From assembly GCA_965649105.1 (NCBI GenBank), contig CBFGJP010000003.1, forward strand, positions 1 to 63,129: DNA of 63,129 bases, in the 5' to 3' direction. The notes beneath the pieces are model-generated. The model was given only the letters and a program-made list of their open reading frames with translations. It did no database searches and was not told where the DNA came from. Positions within the stretch are counted from its first letter, which is position 1. Each line of letters starts with the position of its first letter. Made by a program: the position numbers and the translations under genes. Source of the stretch: a candidate division WOR-3 bacterium (lineage in GTDB: Bacteria > Hydrothermota > Tepidihabitantia > SM23-42 > JAOAFX01). This document shows positions 41,921-52,571 of the stretch, piece by piece.

Positions 41921-42626
41921 TATACATTCAAATTTAGAAGCCGTTCAGGCGGTCGTCAAAGACATAAAAAAAAGAAGAATAAAAAAGATCTTCTGCCTCG
42001 GCGATATTGTCGGTTACGGTGCAAATCCCAATGAATGTTCTGAAATTTGTTTTAAAGAATCAGATGAGATAATTGCCGGTAATCATGACTGGGCGACAAC
42101 AGACAAAACAGATACTTCAAATTTTAATAAGGTTGCGGCTGTGGCGGTGAAATGGACTAAAGAACATATCAAACCAGAATACTACATCAAATTACAAGAA
42201 CTGCCGCTTACCAAAAAAATTGACAATCTACTTCTGGTGCACTCCACTCCAGAAAATCCCGAAAAATGGAATTATCTTTTCAACCTTGACGATTTTGAAA
42301 AACAGTTCAATTTCTTTAGTGAACAACTGTGTTTTATTGGACATTCACATATTCCGAGTGCCGTTTTTCAAGATGACAATGGCTATACCGACTTTTTACA
42401 TGAAAATCCATTTCCAATTATAAAGAAACGGCGATATATAATTAATGTGGGGAGCGTGGGACAACCGCGCGACCTTGACCCGCGCGCGAGTTATGTAATT
42501 TATGATGGCAATAATAATACTATTGAATTTGTCAGGATTGAATATAATATTCCACTTGCCGGGCAAAAAATTTTAGAAGCTGGACTTCCTGAGATCTTAT
42601 CCGAAAGACTGCTTGTTGGGAAATAA
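41898..42626 (+). CDS. Calcineurin-like metallophosphoesterase
   Basis: SDIHSN, GDIVGYG, GNHD, GHSH, NVGSVGQPRD; start re-called at ATG 41898. Confidence 0.92.
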   Translation: MKAAIISDIHSNLEAVQAVVKDIKKRRIKKIFCLGDIVGYGANPNECSEICFKESDEIIAGNHDWATTDKTDTSNFNKVAAVAVKWTKEHIKPEYYIKLQELPLTKKIDNLLLVHSTPENPEKWNYLFNLDDFEKQFNFFSEQLCFIGHSHIPSAVFQDDNGYTDFLHENPFPIIKKRRYIINVGSVGQPRDLDPRASYVIYDGNNNTIEFVRIEYNIPLAGQKILEAGLPEILSERLLVGK

Positions 42627-42690
42627 CTAACCTGGTGCTAAACCTCTTTTAATAGGGGATGTCTAAATTTCAAGAAGGAGAATTTATAAG

Positions 42691-43215
42691 ATGGTAAAGA
42701 AAGGACCTGTCAGTGTTATGAAAGAAGAATTATGTAAGAAGGAGGCTGAATTAAAGGAACTGCGTGATAACTACCTGCGTGCACTTGCTGATTGGGATAA
42801 TTATCGGAAGCGGATGGAAAGCGAATTTACGGAGTTTAAAAAATATGCTAAAGTTGATTTTCTTTCTAAAATCCTACCGGTGCTCGATAATTTTGACCGT
42901 GCGCTTGCTGGTGCTGAATTGAATCCGAGTTTTGAAAGTTTCTTTAAAGGTGTTGAAATTATTGGAAGACAATTAAAAGAGATTTTAAAATCAATGGGTT
43001 TGATTGAATTCTCTGGATTGGGCAAACAATTTGACCCGATGCTACATGAAGCAGTGGGTGTGATTGTTACAAATGACCATCCAGAGAATACAATTATAGA
43101 AGAAATTAGTAAAGGTTACAAAGTTGGAGACCGCGTAATCAAACCCGCCAAAGTTCTGGTTTCTAAACCTGATGAAAAAGGAGGTCAAGAAAATGTCCAA
43201 GATAATTGGAATTGA
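42691..43215 (+). CDS. grpE: Nucleotide exchange factor GrpE
   Basis: [36 protein letters not shown]...RVIKPAKV. Confidence 0.96.
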   Translation: MVKKGPVSVMKEELCKKEAELKELRDNYLRALADWDNYRKRMESEFTEFKKYAKVDFLSKILPVLDNFDRALAGAELNPSFESFFKGVEIIGRQLKEILKSMGLIEFSGLGKQFDPMLHEAVGVIVTNDHPENTIIEEISKGYKVGDRVIKPAKVLVSKPDEKGGQENVQDNWN

Positions 43216-45109
43216 TTTAGGAACAACCAATTCTTGTGTCGCAGTTTTAGAGGGTGGGCAGCCAGTAGTTATTCCTAACCCTGAGGGGGGAAGAACAACG
43301 CCCTCGGTTGTTGCCTTTACCAAAACCGGAGAAAGATTGGTAGGACCATTAGCAAAAAGGCAGGCAATCACCAATCCACAAAATACTATCTATTCAATAA
43401 AACGCTTTATGGGTCGTCGTTATAGTGAGGTTCCCCAAGAGATAGCCCGTGTTCCCTATAAGGTTGTTGAACATACAAATGGTGATGCGTGGGTTGAGGT
43501 GATGGAGAAAAAATATTCACCACCGGAGATTTCTGCAATGATCCTACAATATCTAAAACAGGCTGCCGAGGCATACCTTGGAGAAAAAGTGTCAAAGGCA
43601 GTGATAACGGTTCCTGCATATTTTAATGACTCCCAGCGCCAGGCAACCAAGGATGCGGGTAGTATTGCTGGCCTTGAGGTTTTGAGAATAATCAACGAAC
43701 CGACTGCATCTTCATTGGCTTATGGACTTGATAAAAAGAAACACGAAAAGATTGCGGTGTATGACTTTGGTGGTGGAACTTTTGATATCTCTATCCTTGA
43801 GATTGGTGAAGGGGTATTTGAAGTTCTTTCTACAAATGGTGATACCCATCTCGGTGGGGATGATATTGATGAAAGAATTATGAATTATATTGCAGATGAG
43901 TTTATGCGTGAACATGGTATTGATCTGAAAAAGGATGTAACCGCATTACAGCGGTTAAAAGAAGCAGCAGAAAAGGCAAAATGCGAACTATCTACCGTAA
44001 TGGAAACGACCATCAGTCTTCCCTTCATTGCTTCGGACAAAGACCGAACACCGCTTCACTTAGAAATGAAACTTACCCGAGCAAAACTGGAGAGTCTGGT
44101 TGAAGATTTACTACAGCGTTCAATACCACCAATTAAGCAAGCACTACTTGATGCCAATTTAACTATCCAAGATATCAACGAAGTTGTGCTTGTTGGCGGT
44201 CAGACAAGAATGCCAAGAATCCAGCAAATTGTTAAAGATTTCTTCGGGAAAGAACCGCATAAAGGTATAAATCCTGATGAAGTTGTGGCGATAGGTGCGG
44301 CAATTCAAGGTGCAGTCCTTTCTGGTGAGAAAAAGGATATCTTGTTACTTGATGTCACGCCCCTCACACTCGGTATTGAAACTCTCGGTGGTGTTATGAC
44401 GCCTATAATACCACGTAACACAACAATCCCGACGAAAAAATCCCAGATATTCACAACCGCTGAAGACAACCAAACCGCTGTTACAGTCCATGTTTTACAG
44501 GGTGAGCGACCAATGGCAAGTCAGAACCGAACCCTTGGTAAATTTGATTTATATGGTATCCCACCAGCCCCAAGAGGTATTCCTCAGATTGAGGTTACTT
44601 TTGATATTGATGCAGATGGAATTCTCCATGTCTCAGCAAAAGATCTGGGAACAGGGAAAGAACAGAAAATAAGAATCACTGCATCCAGTGGTCTCTCAAA
44701 AGAAGAAATTGACCGAATGATGAAGGAAGCCGAGGAACATGCGGCTGAAGACCGTCGTCAGCGTGAATTGATTGAAGCAAGGAATAAAGCCGACTCAGTG
44801 ATATACAGTGTGGAAAAAACACTCAAGGATTACGGAGAGAAGATCTCATTTGAAGACCGAAGTGAAATTGGCAAAAAACTTGAAATCTTGAAACAGAAAA
44901 AAGATGGTTCAGATATCAATGCTATTAACCAGGCAATTGATGACCTGCAACAGGCGGTCTATAAACTTTCCGAGGCGGTTTATCGTGAAGCAGCAAGTAA
45001 AGCCCAACAGACGGGCACTTCCGAGCCACCCCCACAGGGTCCAAAACCTGGAGAAGGACAACCGGGTGGGCCGGATTATCGCGTAGTTGACGACGAGGGG
45101 AATAAATAG
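43193..45109 (+). CDS. dnaK: Chaperone DnaK
   Basis: [32 protein letters not shown]; start re-called at ATG 43193. Confidence 0.99.
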   Translation: MSKIIGIDLGTTNSCVAVLEGGQPVVIPNPEGGRTTPSVVAFTKTGERLVGPLAKRQAITNPQNTIYSIKRFMGRRYSEVPQEIARVPYKVVEHTNGDAWVEVMEKKYSPPEISAMILQYLKQAAEAYLGEKVSKAVITVPAYFNDSQRQATKDAGSIAGLEVLRIINEPTASSLAYGLDKKKHEKIAVYDFGGGTFDISILEIGEGVFEVLSTNGDTHLGGDDIDERIMNYIADEFMREHGIDLKKDVTALQRLKEAAEKAKCELSTVMETTISLPFIASDKDRTPLHLEMKLTRAKLESLVEDLLQRSIPPIKQALLDANLTIQDINEVVLVGGQTRMPRIQQIVKDFFGKEPHKGINPDEVVAIGAAIQGAVLSGEKKDILLLDVTPLTLGIETLGGVMTPIIPRNTTIPTKKSQIFTTAEDNQTAVTVHVLQGERPMASQNRTLGKFDLYGIPPAPRGIPQIEVTFDIDADGILHVSAKDLGTGKEQKIRITASSGLSKEEIDRMMKEAEEHAAEDRRQRELIEARNKADSVIYSVEKTLKDYGEKISFEDRSEIGKKLEILKQKKDGSDINAINQAIDDLQQAVYKLSEAVYREAASKAQQTGTSEPPPQGPKPGEGQPGGPDYRVVDDEGNK

Positions 45110-45170
45110 GGAATATCAGGGCATCAGGGTATTAAAAAGAATTTATTTTAAATTAAGTTATAATTAAGTT

Positions 45171-46271
45171 ATGAAAAAGGACTATTACGAAATACTCGGT
45201 GTATCGAGGAACGCATCGCCTGAAGAGATCAAAAAGGCATACCGGGAACTTGCAAAGAAGTGGCACCCGGATATGAACCCAAACAACAAAAAGGAAGCCG
45301 AAGAAAAATTCAAGGAAATTTCTGAAGCCTATGAAGTTTTGATGGACACACAAAAAAGAAAATTGTATGATAGTTATGGTCATGACGGCGTGTCGCAGAC
45401 ATTCCGTGGTGGTGGATTTACCTGGGATGATTTTACTCACTTTGATGACCTTCAGGATATTCTTGGTAATCTATTCGGGGGTTCAATATTTGATGACTTC
45501 TTTGGCACAACCACCCGCGCCCACAACGCCCGGCAAAGGGGTGGAGATATAAAGGTTGTATTAAAAGTTTCACTTGAAGAGATAGCAAATTCAGCAAAAA
45601 AACAATTCAAGGTGAATCGGTATGAGTACTGTTCTGCCTGTTCGGGCAAAGGGGGATTTGATTTTACTGCCTGCCCCCAGTGTGGTGGCAGGGGGCAGAT
45701 AAGAACTCAGACCAGAAGTTTCTTCGGCACATTAACCAGTGTATCAACCTGCCCCAAATGCCAGGGAAGCGGTGAGATAGTAAAAACACCCTGTGCCAAA
45801 TGTGGTGGTTCAGGCAGAATCAGAAATTCAAGGACTGTAGAGATAAAAATACCACGGGGAGTGACCAACGGACAATATATAGTACTGCGCGGTGAAGGTC
45901 ATTATGGACCCGGAGGCAAGGGAAATATAATCGTAGAGTTTGAAGAAAAGCCCCATGAATATTTTGAACGGCATGGAGACGACCTTTTAATTAAAATATC
46001 GGTGCCATTCTCAACACTCATTAACGGCGGCACTGTAGAAATCCCGGGATTAAATGGCACACGTGATATTATTAAGATACCCAAGGGGAGTGGGGCACCG
46101 GAAATAATAAAAATAAAAGGCAAAGGTATGCCCAGGATAAACGGAGGTTACGGTGACCTTTATATTGAAATAGGTTTGAAACCACTGCAATCTTCAGACC
46201 GCCACCTGAGTAAAATCATTGATGAACTTAAAAAATACGAAGGCGAACCAGTAATCAAAAAGCGAATCTGA
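45171..46271 (+). CDS. dnaJ: Chaperone DnaJ
   Basis: HPD J-domain, G/F region, four CxxCxGxG repeats. Confidence 0.98.
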   Translation: MKKDYYEILGVSRNASPEEIKKAYRELAKKWHPDMNPNNKKEAEEKFKEISEAYEVLMDTQKRKLYDSYGHDGVSQTFRGGGFTWDDFTHFDDLQDILGNLFGGSIFDDFFGTTTRAHNARQRGGDIKVVLKVSLEEIANSAKKQFKVNRYEYCSACSGKGGFDFTACPQCGGRGQIRTQTRSFFGTLTSVSTCPKCQGSGEIVKTPCAKCGGSGRIRNSRTVEIKIPRGVTNGQYIVLRGEGHYGPGGKGNIIVEFEEKPHEYFERHGDDLLIKISVPFSTLINGGTVEIPGLNGTRDIIKIPKGSGAPEIIKIKGKGMPRINGGYGDLYIEIGLKPLQSSDRHLSKIIDELKKYEGEPVIKKRI

Positions 46272-46272
46272 T

Positions 46273-46983
46273 ATGAATGACAGCCCCCATAATCTTTTTT
46301 TCTTAAAAGAAAATCCTGACCCAAATTCACCAATTCTATTAACCGGTCCTGAATTTCATCATATAAAAAATGTTTTAAGAAAAAAAACGGGCGAAACAAT
46401 TTATTTTACCGATGGCAAAGGAAAAAGGTATAAAGCAATTATTGACCAAGCACTCCAGAACGCAATGGTGATAAAAATCATTGAAGAAGAAATTATCCCG
46501 CGGCATAACAAAATAAATCTCGACCTTGGAATTGTCCCTTTAAAAAGTGGTAGAACCGATTTTATTATTGAAAAAGGAACTGAACTCGGTGTTAATAAAT
46601 TTATATTTTTTATATCAAAATTTTCTGTGATTAGAAGTTTAACACCTCCCAGGATTGAACATTTCAAAAAGATTGCCTTATCATCAATGTTACAATCACA
46701 GCAATACTACCTTCCCGAAATAAAGATTGCTCAAGATATACAAAAGGAATTTTCAAATTATGACACTATCATTGTTGGAGATAAAGAAGGTAGAGATAAA
46801 TTTGTGCCTGGAGTGCAAAATATTTTTTTAATAATAGGACCTGAAGGAGGTTTTTCATCCGAAGAAATTGATATATTTCTAAACAATAATGTGAAATTTA
46901 TTCCGTTCAGTAAAAACCGCCTGCGCAGTGAAACCGCAGCCATTGCCGGAATAGTAAGTATTATCAGCTATTATTCACTATAA
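46273..46983 (+). CDS. rsmE: 16S rRNA m3U1498 methyltransferase
   Basis: HHIKNVLR, EKGTELGV, IGPEGGF, LRSETA. Confidence 0.95.
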   Translation: MNDSPHNLFFLKENPDPNSPILLTGPEFHHIKNVLRKKTGETIYFTDGKGKRYKAIIDQALQNAMVIKIIEEEIIPRHNKINLDLGIVPLKSGRTDFIIEKGTELGVNKFIFFISKFSVIRSLTPPRIEHFKKIALSSMLQSQQYYLPEIKIAQDIQKEFSNYDTIIVGDKEGRDKFVPGVQNIFLIIGPEGGFSSEEIDIFLNNNVKFIPFSKNRLRSETAAIAGIVSIISYYSL

Positions 46984-46989
46984 TCTTCG

Positions 46990-47017
46990 TTGACAAGTTT
47001 AATTTCTTGATTATACT
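46990..47017 (+). promoter_or_regulatory. Sigma70-like promoter, leaderless pgsB
   Basis: TTGACA-N16-TATACT-N5-GTG. Confidence 0.85.
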
Positions 47018-47022
47018 CAAGT

Positions 47023-48249
47023 GTGGTTTTTGACTATGGTATATTTCTTTTATTATCCCTTTTGATTTTATTTATTATAATTGGCAGGATTGAATGGGTA
47101 AATCATAACAGGAACATAAATTCCATTCCTTTACGAATTGTTGTCAATGGCACAAGGGGAAAATCAACAGTTACAAGATTACTCGGTGCTGCATTAAAGG
47201 CAGGCGGATATAAGACCCTTGCCAAGACAACCGGAACAAAACCGAGGATTATAATTGACAATCAACTTGAAAAACCAGTGATAAGACCGGGCCGTGCCAA
47301 TATCCACGAACAACTTTCCATAACCAGAAAAGCCGTGCAAGAAAAAGTAGATGCTATCATTTTTGAAAATATGTCTTTGAGGCCCGATTTACAACGGATT
47401 GAAGAAAGTAAGATAATTTCGCCCCAGATCGTAGTCATAACAAATGTCCGTGCTGACCACCTCGAGGTTATGGGTCCGACTTTAAATGACATCGCAAAGA
47501 ATTTCATAAATGCAATCCCCTCAAATGCAAAAGTTTTCACCGGCGAAAAAGTTTTATTTCCCTTATTAGAAAAACTAGCTAATGACCGTGGCCTTGAGAT
47601 TTATCAAAGTAATGAAAATGAAGTATCAGTTGAAGAATTAAAACCCTTTCCTTATTTTGAACATCGTGAAAATGTCGCACTCGTTTTAACTATATGCAAA
47701 CACCTCAGAATTAAAAAAGATAAGGCACTTGCGGAAATGTATAAATATATCCCGGATTCCGGGGTACTAAATAAATATAATCTGAATATTGGCGGAAAGA
47801 ATATTGTGCTTTATAATGCCCTTGCCGCCAATGACCCGGATTCCACATATTATATATATGAAAGAATTGATAAGCCTGAGAAGAATTTTTATATTATCGT
47901 CAATTGTCGTGCGGACCGTATTGACCGCTCGGTCCAGTTAGGTAAGCTAATAAGCACGAAGATTAACGCAGATTACTATTTTGTAACTGGTGGTGAAACA
48001 AATGTATTGTGCCGTACTGCAATAAAAAACGGTATAAATAGAGAAAAATTGATTGACCTCGGTAATAAGGATGTGGAATTCGTGTATAGAAAGGTAGTTG
48101 AGCTCATCAATGATAATGGAATGATACTGGCAATCGGAAATATCGTCGGCTATGGTGAAAGACTAATAAACCAATTCATTAAGCAAGGTAATGAGCGGAA
48201 TTCTATGTCAAAAGCCGCACCTTCCCTTGAAATTGCAAAGCAAAAATGA
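47023..48249 (+). CDS. pgsB: Poly-gamma-glutamate synthetase CapB/PgsB
   Basis: N-terminal TM, VNGTRGKSTVTRL, KTTGT, ITNVRADHLEVMG, AANDP, NCRADR.DRS. Confidence 0.95.
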   Translation: MVFDYGIFLLLSLLILFIIIGRIEWVNHNRNINSIPLRIVVNGTRGKSTVTRLLGAALKAGGYKTLAKTTGTKPRIIIDNQLEKPVIRPGRANIHEQLSITRKAVQEKVDAIIFENMSLRPDLQRIEESKIISPQIVVITNVRADHLEVMGPTLNDIAKNFINAIPSNAKVFTGEKVLFPLLEKLANDRGLEIYQSNENEVSVEELKPFPYFEHRENVALVLTICKHLRIKKDKALAEMYKYIPDSGVLNKYNLNIGGKNIVLYNALAANDPDSTYYIYERIDKPEKNFYIIVNCRADRIDRSVQLGKLISTKINADYYFVTGGETNVLCRTAIKNGINREKLIDLGNKDVEFVYRKVVELINDNGMILAIGNIVGYGERLINQFIKQGNERNSMSKAAPSLEIAKQK

Positions 48250-48695
48250 TCGTCATTGCCGTTGGTCTGGGTATGATGTTGAATCTACTTCTCACCGAGA
48301 CGATCGGCCTTGCGGCTGGAGGCATTGTTGTTCCGGGTTACATCGCTTTGAGTTTACACCAGCCGGATATGGTCATCAGTACAGTCGTAATTGCATTGAT
48401 CACATATTTAATACTTTATCTTTTATCCCGTTTCATCCTGCTTTATGGCCGAAGACTGCTAATTGTATCAATAATCATTGGCTATTTGCTTGGATATTTA
48501 ACAAGAGTATACCCGGCAGTTTCTCTTGAAGCACTCAAATTTGATATTACAACGATTGGATTTGTTGTGCCGGGGCTGATTGCTTACTGGATGCAAAGGC
48601 AGGGTATTATCGAAACAATCAGCACAATGTTAATTGCGGCGGTGATTGTAAGGTTAATACTGATAATACTGACTGGAGGTGCAATATTCCCATAA
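48246..48695 (+). CDS. pgsC: Poly-gamma-glutamate synthesis protein CapC/PgsC
   Basis: G..AGGIVVPGYIAL, LYGRR, IGFVVPGLIA..MQRQG. Confidence 0.95.
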   Translation: MIVIAVGLGMMLNLLLTETIGLAAGGIVVPGYIALSLHQPDMVISTVVIALITYLILYLLSRFILLYGRRLLIVSIIIGYLLGYLTRVYPAVSLEALKFDITTIGFVVPGLIAYWMQRQGIIETISTMLIAAVIVRLILIILTGGAIFP

Positions 48696-48712
48696 AATTA
48701 AGAAGCGGGAAA

Positions 48713-49801
48713 TTGCCCAATTATATCCTTGTTTTTGTCACATTTATTTCTTTAATATTTATATTTTTAACGCTCCATTATAAGACAAAATATTACGCAC
48801 CATATTATTATGAAAAAATAGAGAGTGCCCGTTTGACAAAAACTTTTTTTGAAAAAATTAAACAGGAAAAAATAAAAAAAGGTTTGATGATAGACCCAAT
48901 CAATGACCCAAATCAGACCGGCCTGATTGGATTAGAACATTCACCAATTACCAGTGAACCTGGGGATCTAAATGCAAAACTGACAACAACGAATCCCAAC
49001 ATTGCAGCGGTAATTGTTGAATTATTCAAAAAATGCCGGTTGAATGCCGGGGATTTTGTCGCGGTTTCTTTTAGCGGTTCTTTCCCGGCATTGAATCTTG
49101 CTGTCCTTTCAGCAATTCAGACTCTAAATCTAAAACCGATTATCATCACCTCTGTGAGTTCCTCTATGTGGGGTGCAAACATTCCTGAGTTTACCTATCT
49201 TGATATGGAAAACATTCTATTTCAAAATGGTCTTCTGCGATTTCGTTCGGCTGCTGCTTCTCTGGGTGGCATTGATGATATTGGACGGGGACTGAGTCCT
49301 GAAGGTAGAAAAATGCTTGAAACAGCAATAAGCCGAAATAATATCCCCGAATTAAAATCAAAAGATCTCGAAGAGGCGATAGAAAAAAGATTTAGTTTGT
49401 ATTACGAAATTGCGGGTGGAAAAAAGATTGCTTGTTTTATTAATATCGGAGGTGGTGCAACAGCACTTGCCGGATACGAACTGCCTACCGGAATCTTAGC
49501 CCCATTGGAATATTCCTTCCATCAAGGAATTGCTGGCAGGTTTTTAAGAAATGGTGTAAAGGTTATAAATATCAATAATATCAATCACCTCGCACGACGC
49601 TACGAACTTCCCATTGCACCGATACCTGTTCCAGAAATCGGGGAAGGAAAATTATACTATGAAAACCGGTATTCAGTCTTTCTCTCCTCAATCTTTTTTA
49701 TCATTCTCAGCGTGATAATTTTTATAATCTTGAGGATTGATATTGATTATTATCTCAGGAGGCATAAAAATGATAAATATTATTTTATTTTTTATATTTA
49801 A
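48713..49801 (+). CDS. pgsW: Poly-gamma-glutamate system protein PgsW (start may be ATA 48692)
   Basis: DPNQTGLIG...IT...G.L.AK.TTTNPN, SGSFPALN, SSMWGAN, INIGGG; N- and C-terminal TM helices; follows pgsC. Confidence 0.85.
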   Translation: MPNYILVFVTFISLIFIFLTLHYKTKYYAPYYYEKIESARLTKTFFEKIKQEKIKKGLMIDPINDPNQTGLIGLEHSPITSEPGDLNAKLTTTNPNIAAVIVELFKKCRLNAGDFVAVSFSGSFPALNLAVLSAIQTLNLKPIIITSVSSSMWGANIPEFTYLDMENILFQNGLLRFRSAAASLGGIDDIGRGLSPEGRKMLETAISRNNIPELKSKDLEEAIEKRFSLYYEIAGGKKIACFINIGGGATALAGYELPTGILAPLEYSFHQGIAGRFLRNGVKVININNINHLARRYELPIAPIPVPEIGEGKLYYENRYSVFLSSIFFIILSVIIFIILRIDIDYYLRRHKNDKYYFIFYI

Positions 49802-50591
49802 TCAGGTTGTAAATATCTCGCCCGGGGATGAAGTCAAAATAAAAATCCAGACCTTAAAAGAAGAATCTTATTATGTTTTAACCAAAAAACAACCCGTGGA
49901 GATAAAAGTCTCTGGTCCAACCTGGTTACGGGTATATACAAGGATTCCCTGGTCTGGAGAGAAAAAAGGTACGAAATTATACAAAATAATTCTTCAGGAA
50001 GACGACATAAAAGAAAGATTTATCACCCTCGAAAGTGAGTATTCAAAGGTCTCCCGGATTGACAATATTAGATTGAGCAAATGGCGTTCTTTTTATATAA
50101 ATGTCCCGGAAGGAAACCATTCCTACCGCTTTATTCACTGGCGTGCACCAAGGGACACAATCTTTCTTAGATTCACAAACGAATCACCGGGTAAGTGGCA
50201 GGATATCACACCATTATCTTATAATGCAAAACTTGAATTGGTTGAAAACGAAAAAATAATTAATTACTTTGAGGCCACTCAGCAAAAACCGGTTATATTA
50301 GAGATCACAGGACCGAAGAAATTGAAAATAATCACTCGTTTGAATTTAAATGCAGATATCAAGGGTGAACAAATATATTCCATCAGTGTGAAAGAAAAAG
50401 ATAAAACAATCAAAACTGTTAGTTACCGTACCTACCCATCAGAGACGGTTCATTATAATAACCGCCCCGGCACATTGCCGTCAAACCCCCACACCTTTTT
50501 TCTCAATGTCCGTAAGGGGCTCCATCGCTATGAATTTTATATTGAAAATTGGGCTGAATGCGGGTTGAGATTTCTGATTGAATCAAAATGA
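49770..50591 (+). CDS. Hypothetical exported protein with two tandem beta-rich domains
   Basis: Internal duplication; start re-called at ATG 49770 after AGGAGG. Confidence 0.8.
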   Translation: MINIILFFIFNQVVNISPGDEVKIKIQTLKEESYYVLTKKQPVEIKVSGPTWLRVYTRIPWSGEKKGTKLYKIILQEDDIKERFITLESEYSKVSRIDNIRLSKWRSFYINVPEGNHSYRFIHWRAPRDTIFLRFTNESPGKWQDITPLSYNAKLELVENEKIINYFEATQQKPVILEITGPKKLKIITRLNLNADIKGEQIYSISVKEKDKTIKTVSYRTYPSETVHYNNRPGTLPSNPHTFFLNVRKGLHRYEFYIENWAECGLRFLIESK

Positions 50592-51553
50592 ACTTCATTC
50601 TCTTTTTGTTTACTGCGTTTGATTATTCAATCAACACCAATCTTAATTTTGTTTATGATGATAATATTTTTGAATATTCAAAGCAATATCTTGAGGAATT
50701 CATAAGTGGATTAAACCCCGAGCATTTTCCATTTGAAACCTATGATGACTTATATACAACTTATGGAATGGATATATTGATTCGAAATAAATTCATTGGT
50801 CGGCGTACTACAACCATCAATCTTAACTTCACAGGTTATAATTATTTTATAAATCAGCAAAAGAATTATTCCATAATTTCAACCGGAATACGCCAGTCTT
50901 TCGGAAAAATTGCAATCAAACTTGGCTATTTAATTATGCCCGGATATTTAATTCGTTATTACCCTGACCCGATGGGAATCGATTATATCGGTTGTGAATT
51001 TACCGAGCATTTATTAACCTTTAAAACAAATCTGAAGTTAAGTAAATTAGATTTTGGTTTGGTCGTTGGTTATGAGATTGATGACTATATTAAAAATTTT
51101 GATGTCTATGATTCCAGAGCAACGAGAGGCGGACCATTTTTTGAATTTTCACCATCTGGGACTCTTGACCTAAAATTTAACTACGAATTTAAATCTTCTA
51201 CTGCCAAGGGTCCGGTGCCGGATATCTCTTATGTCCAGCACCGAATTGGACTACAGCCGGTTATAAAAATGAATTTTCCCAAATTATCAAAACTCGGTTT
51301 TGAATATCAATTGAAGTACCGAATTTTTACGACCGAGTTCTCGCCCATTCTTGATACACCACACAGCGGCAGGCTTGACGTTATCCAAATATTCCGAACT
51401 GACTACAAATTTCCAATCTTCACCAATCTCTATCTCTCTTTTGATTACGCCTATGAATTTCGCAACTCACATTCTGAGGTCTATGACGAGATCAGTCAAT
51501 ATAAAAATTATAATAAATGGAGTGCGGGCTTTGGATTGGAATTTTTATATTAA
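50588..51553 (+). CDS. Predicted outer-membrane beta-barrel protein
   Basis: Alternating amphipathic Tyr/Phe-rich strands; YDDNIF motif; C-terminal WSAGFGLEFLY BAM-type beta-signal. Confidence 0.75.
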   Translation: MNFILFLFTAFDYSINTNLNFVYDDNIFEYSKQYLEEFISGLNPEHFPFETYDDLYTTYGMDILIRNKFIGRRTTTINLNFTGYNYFINQQKNYSIISTGIRQSFGKIAIKLGYLIMPGYLIRYYPDPMGIDYIGCEFTEHLLTFKTNLKLSKLDFGLVVGYEIDDYIKNFDVYDSRATRGGPFFEFSPSGTLDLKFNYEFKSSTAKGPVPDISYVQHRIGLQPVIKMNFPKLSKLGFEYQLKYRIFTTEFSPILDTPHSGRLDVIQIFRTDYKFPIFTNLYLSFDYAYEFRNSHSEVYDEISQYKNYNKWSAGFGLEFLY

Positions 51554-51599
51554 ATTTAAATCCAAGGCTTCAGCCTTGCAGAAATAATATGGAGAGCCT

Positions 51600-52571
51600 A
51601 TGAAAAAAATAATAATTCTTTTACTGCCGATAATTTTAATCTTATCCTGCCACCATCCCCAGGGTGAAACCCATAATCTGGTGATTGTTAGTCAATGTAA
51701 ACTCCCCGGTTATGCAATTAATATTGATATTGAAGGAGATTATGCTTATATCGCCAATGACCAGGGTGGATTACAGATAGTGGATATAGCAAACCCCGAT
51801 TCAGTTTATGTTGTCGGTCATTATATTCATCAGACAAATATTCAGGGTGTAGCAGTCCGCGATAGTTTTGTTTACCTGGCTCTTGCTGCCGGACCACCGA
51901 ATAATGGAGGAATGCTGATTGTAAATGTCTCTGAGCCTTCAAATCCAACTTTTGTCGGACAGGACAACTGGTTTTATGGATATAATGTGTTTGCGCCCCC
52001 CAATGATACAAAATATGTTTATATCGCGGCAAGATACTGGTTCATCGTTGAAGATGTCTCCTGGCCCCAATATCCAAATTATGCCCGAAGATTTGCCACA
52101 CCCGGCAATGTCCACAGCCTCTTTGTCATTGACTCACTGGCATATTTAGCCTGCGAACAGATGGGATTGATAATCTATAATTTAAATAATCCTGATAGTA
52201 CCGCAAAGATCGGTGAAATGGATACCCCTTCAAATGCGAGGGATATCTTTGTATTAGATAACATTGCCTATATTGCTGACGGCTATGATGGTCTGGTCCT
52301 GATTGATGTATCAAATCCATCCAGACCAGAATTACTCAGCAGTTATGATACACCAGGATATGCCCAGGGTATATTTGTTGAGAATGTCCTTGCCTATGTC
52401 GCCGATGGCAGCAGCGGATTAAAGGTAATTGATGTATCAAACCCTGATAATTTAGAAATCTATGCAGAATTAAAAACGCCCTATGCCTATAATGTCTTTG
52501 TAAAGAATGGGCTGATATACCTTATTGACAGAGACCTTGGATTAGTTATAATAAAAGAGGAAAATCAATGA
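51600..52571 (+). CDS. LVIVD-repeat lipoprotein (beta-propeller)
   Basis: Lipobox ILSC; repeated YAYIA...GL.I.D.S.P..P units. Confidence 0.88.
   Translation: MKKIIILLLPIILILSCHHPQGETHNLVIVSQCKLPGYAINIDIEGDYAYIANDQGGLQIVDIANPDSVYVVGHYIHQTNIQGVAVRDSFVYLALAAGPPNNGGMLIVNVSEPSNPTFVGQDNWFYGYNVFAPPNDTKYVYIAARYWFIVEDVSWPQYPNYARRFATPGNVHSLFVIDSLAYLACEQMGLIIYNLNNPDSTAKIGEMDTPSNARDIFVLDNIAYIADGYDGLVLIDVSNPSRPELLSSYDTPGYAQGIFVENVLAYVADGSSGLKVIDVSNPDNLEIYAELKTPYAYNVFVKNGLIYLIDRDLGLVIIKEENQ

Noticed and set aside
51564-51577. AAGGCT-TC-AGCCTT hairpin between the beta-barrel and LVIVD genes
   Set aside because: A 6-bp stem without a U-tail; at most a processing signal, not supportable as a terminator.
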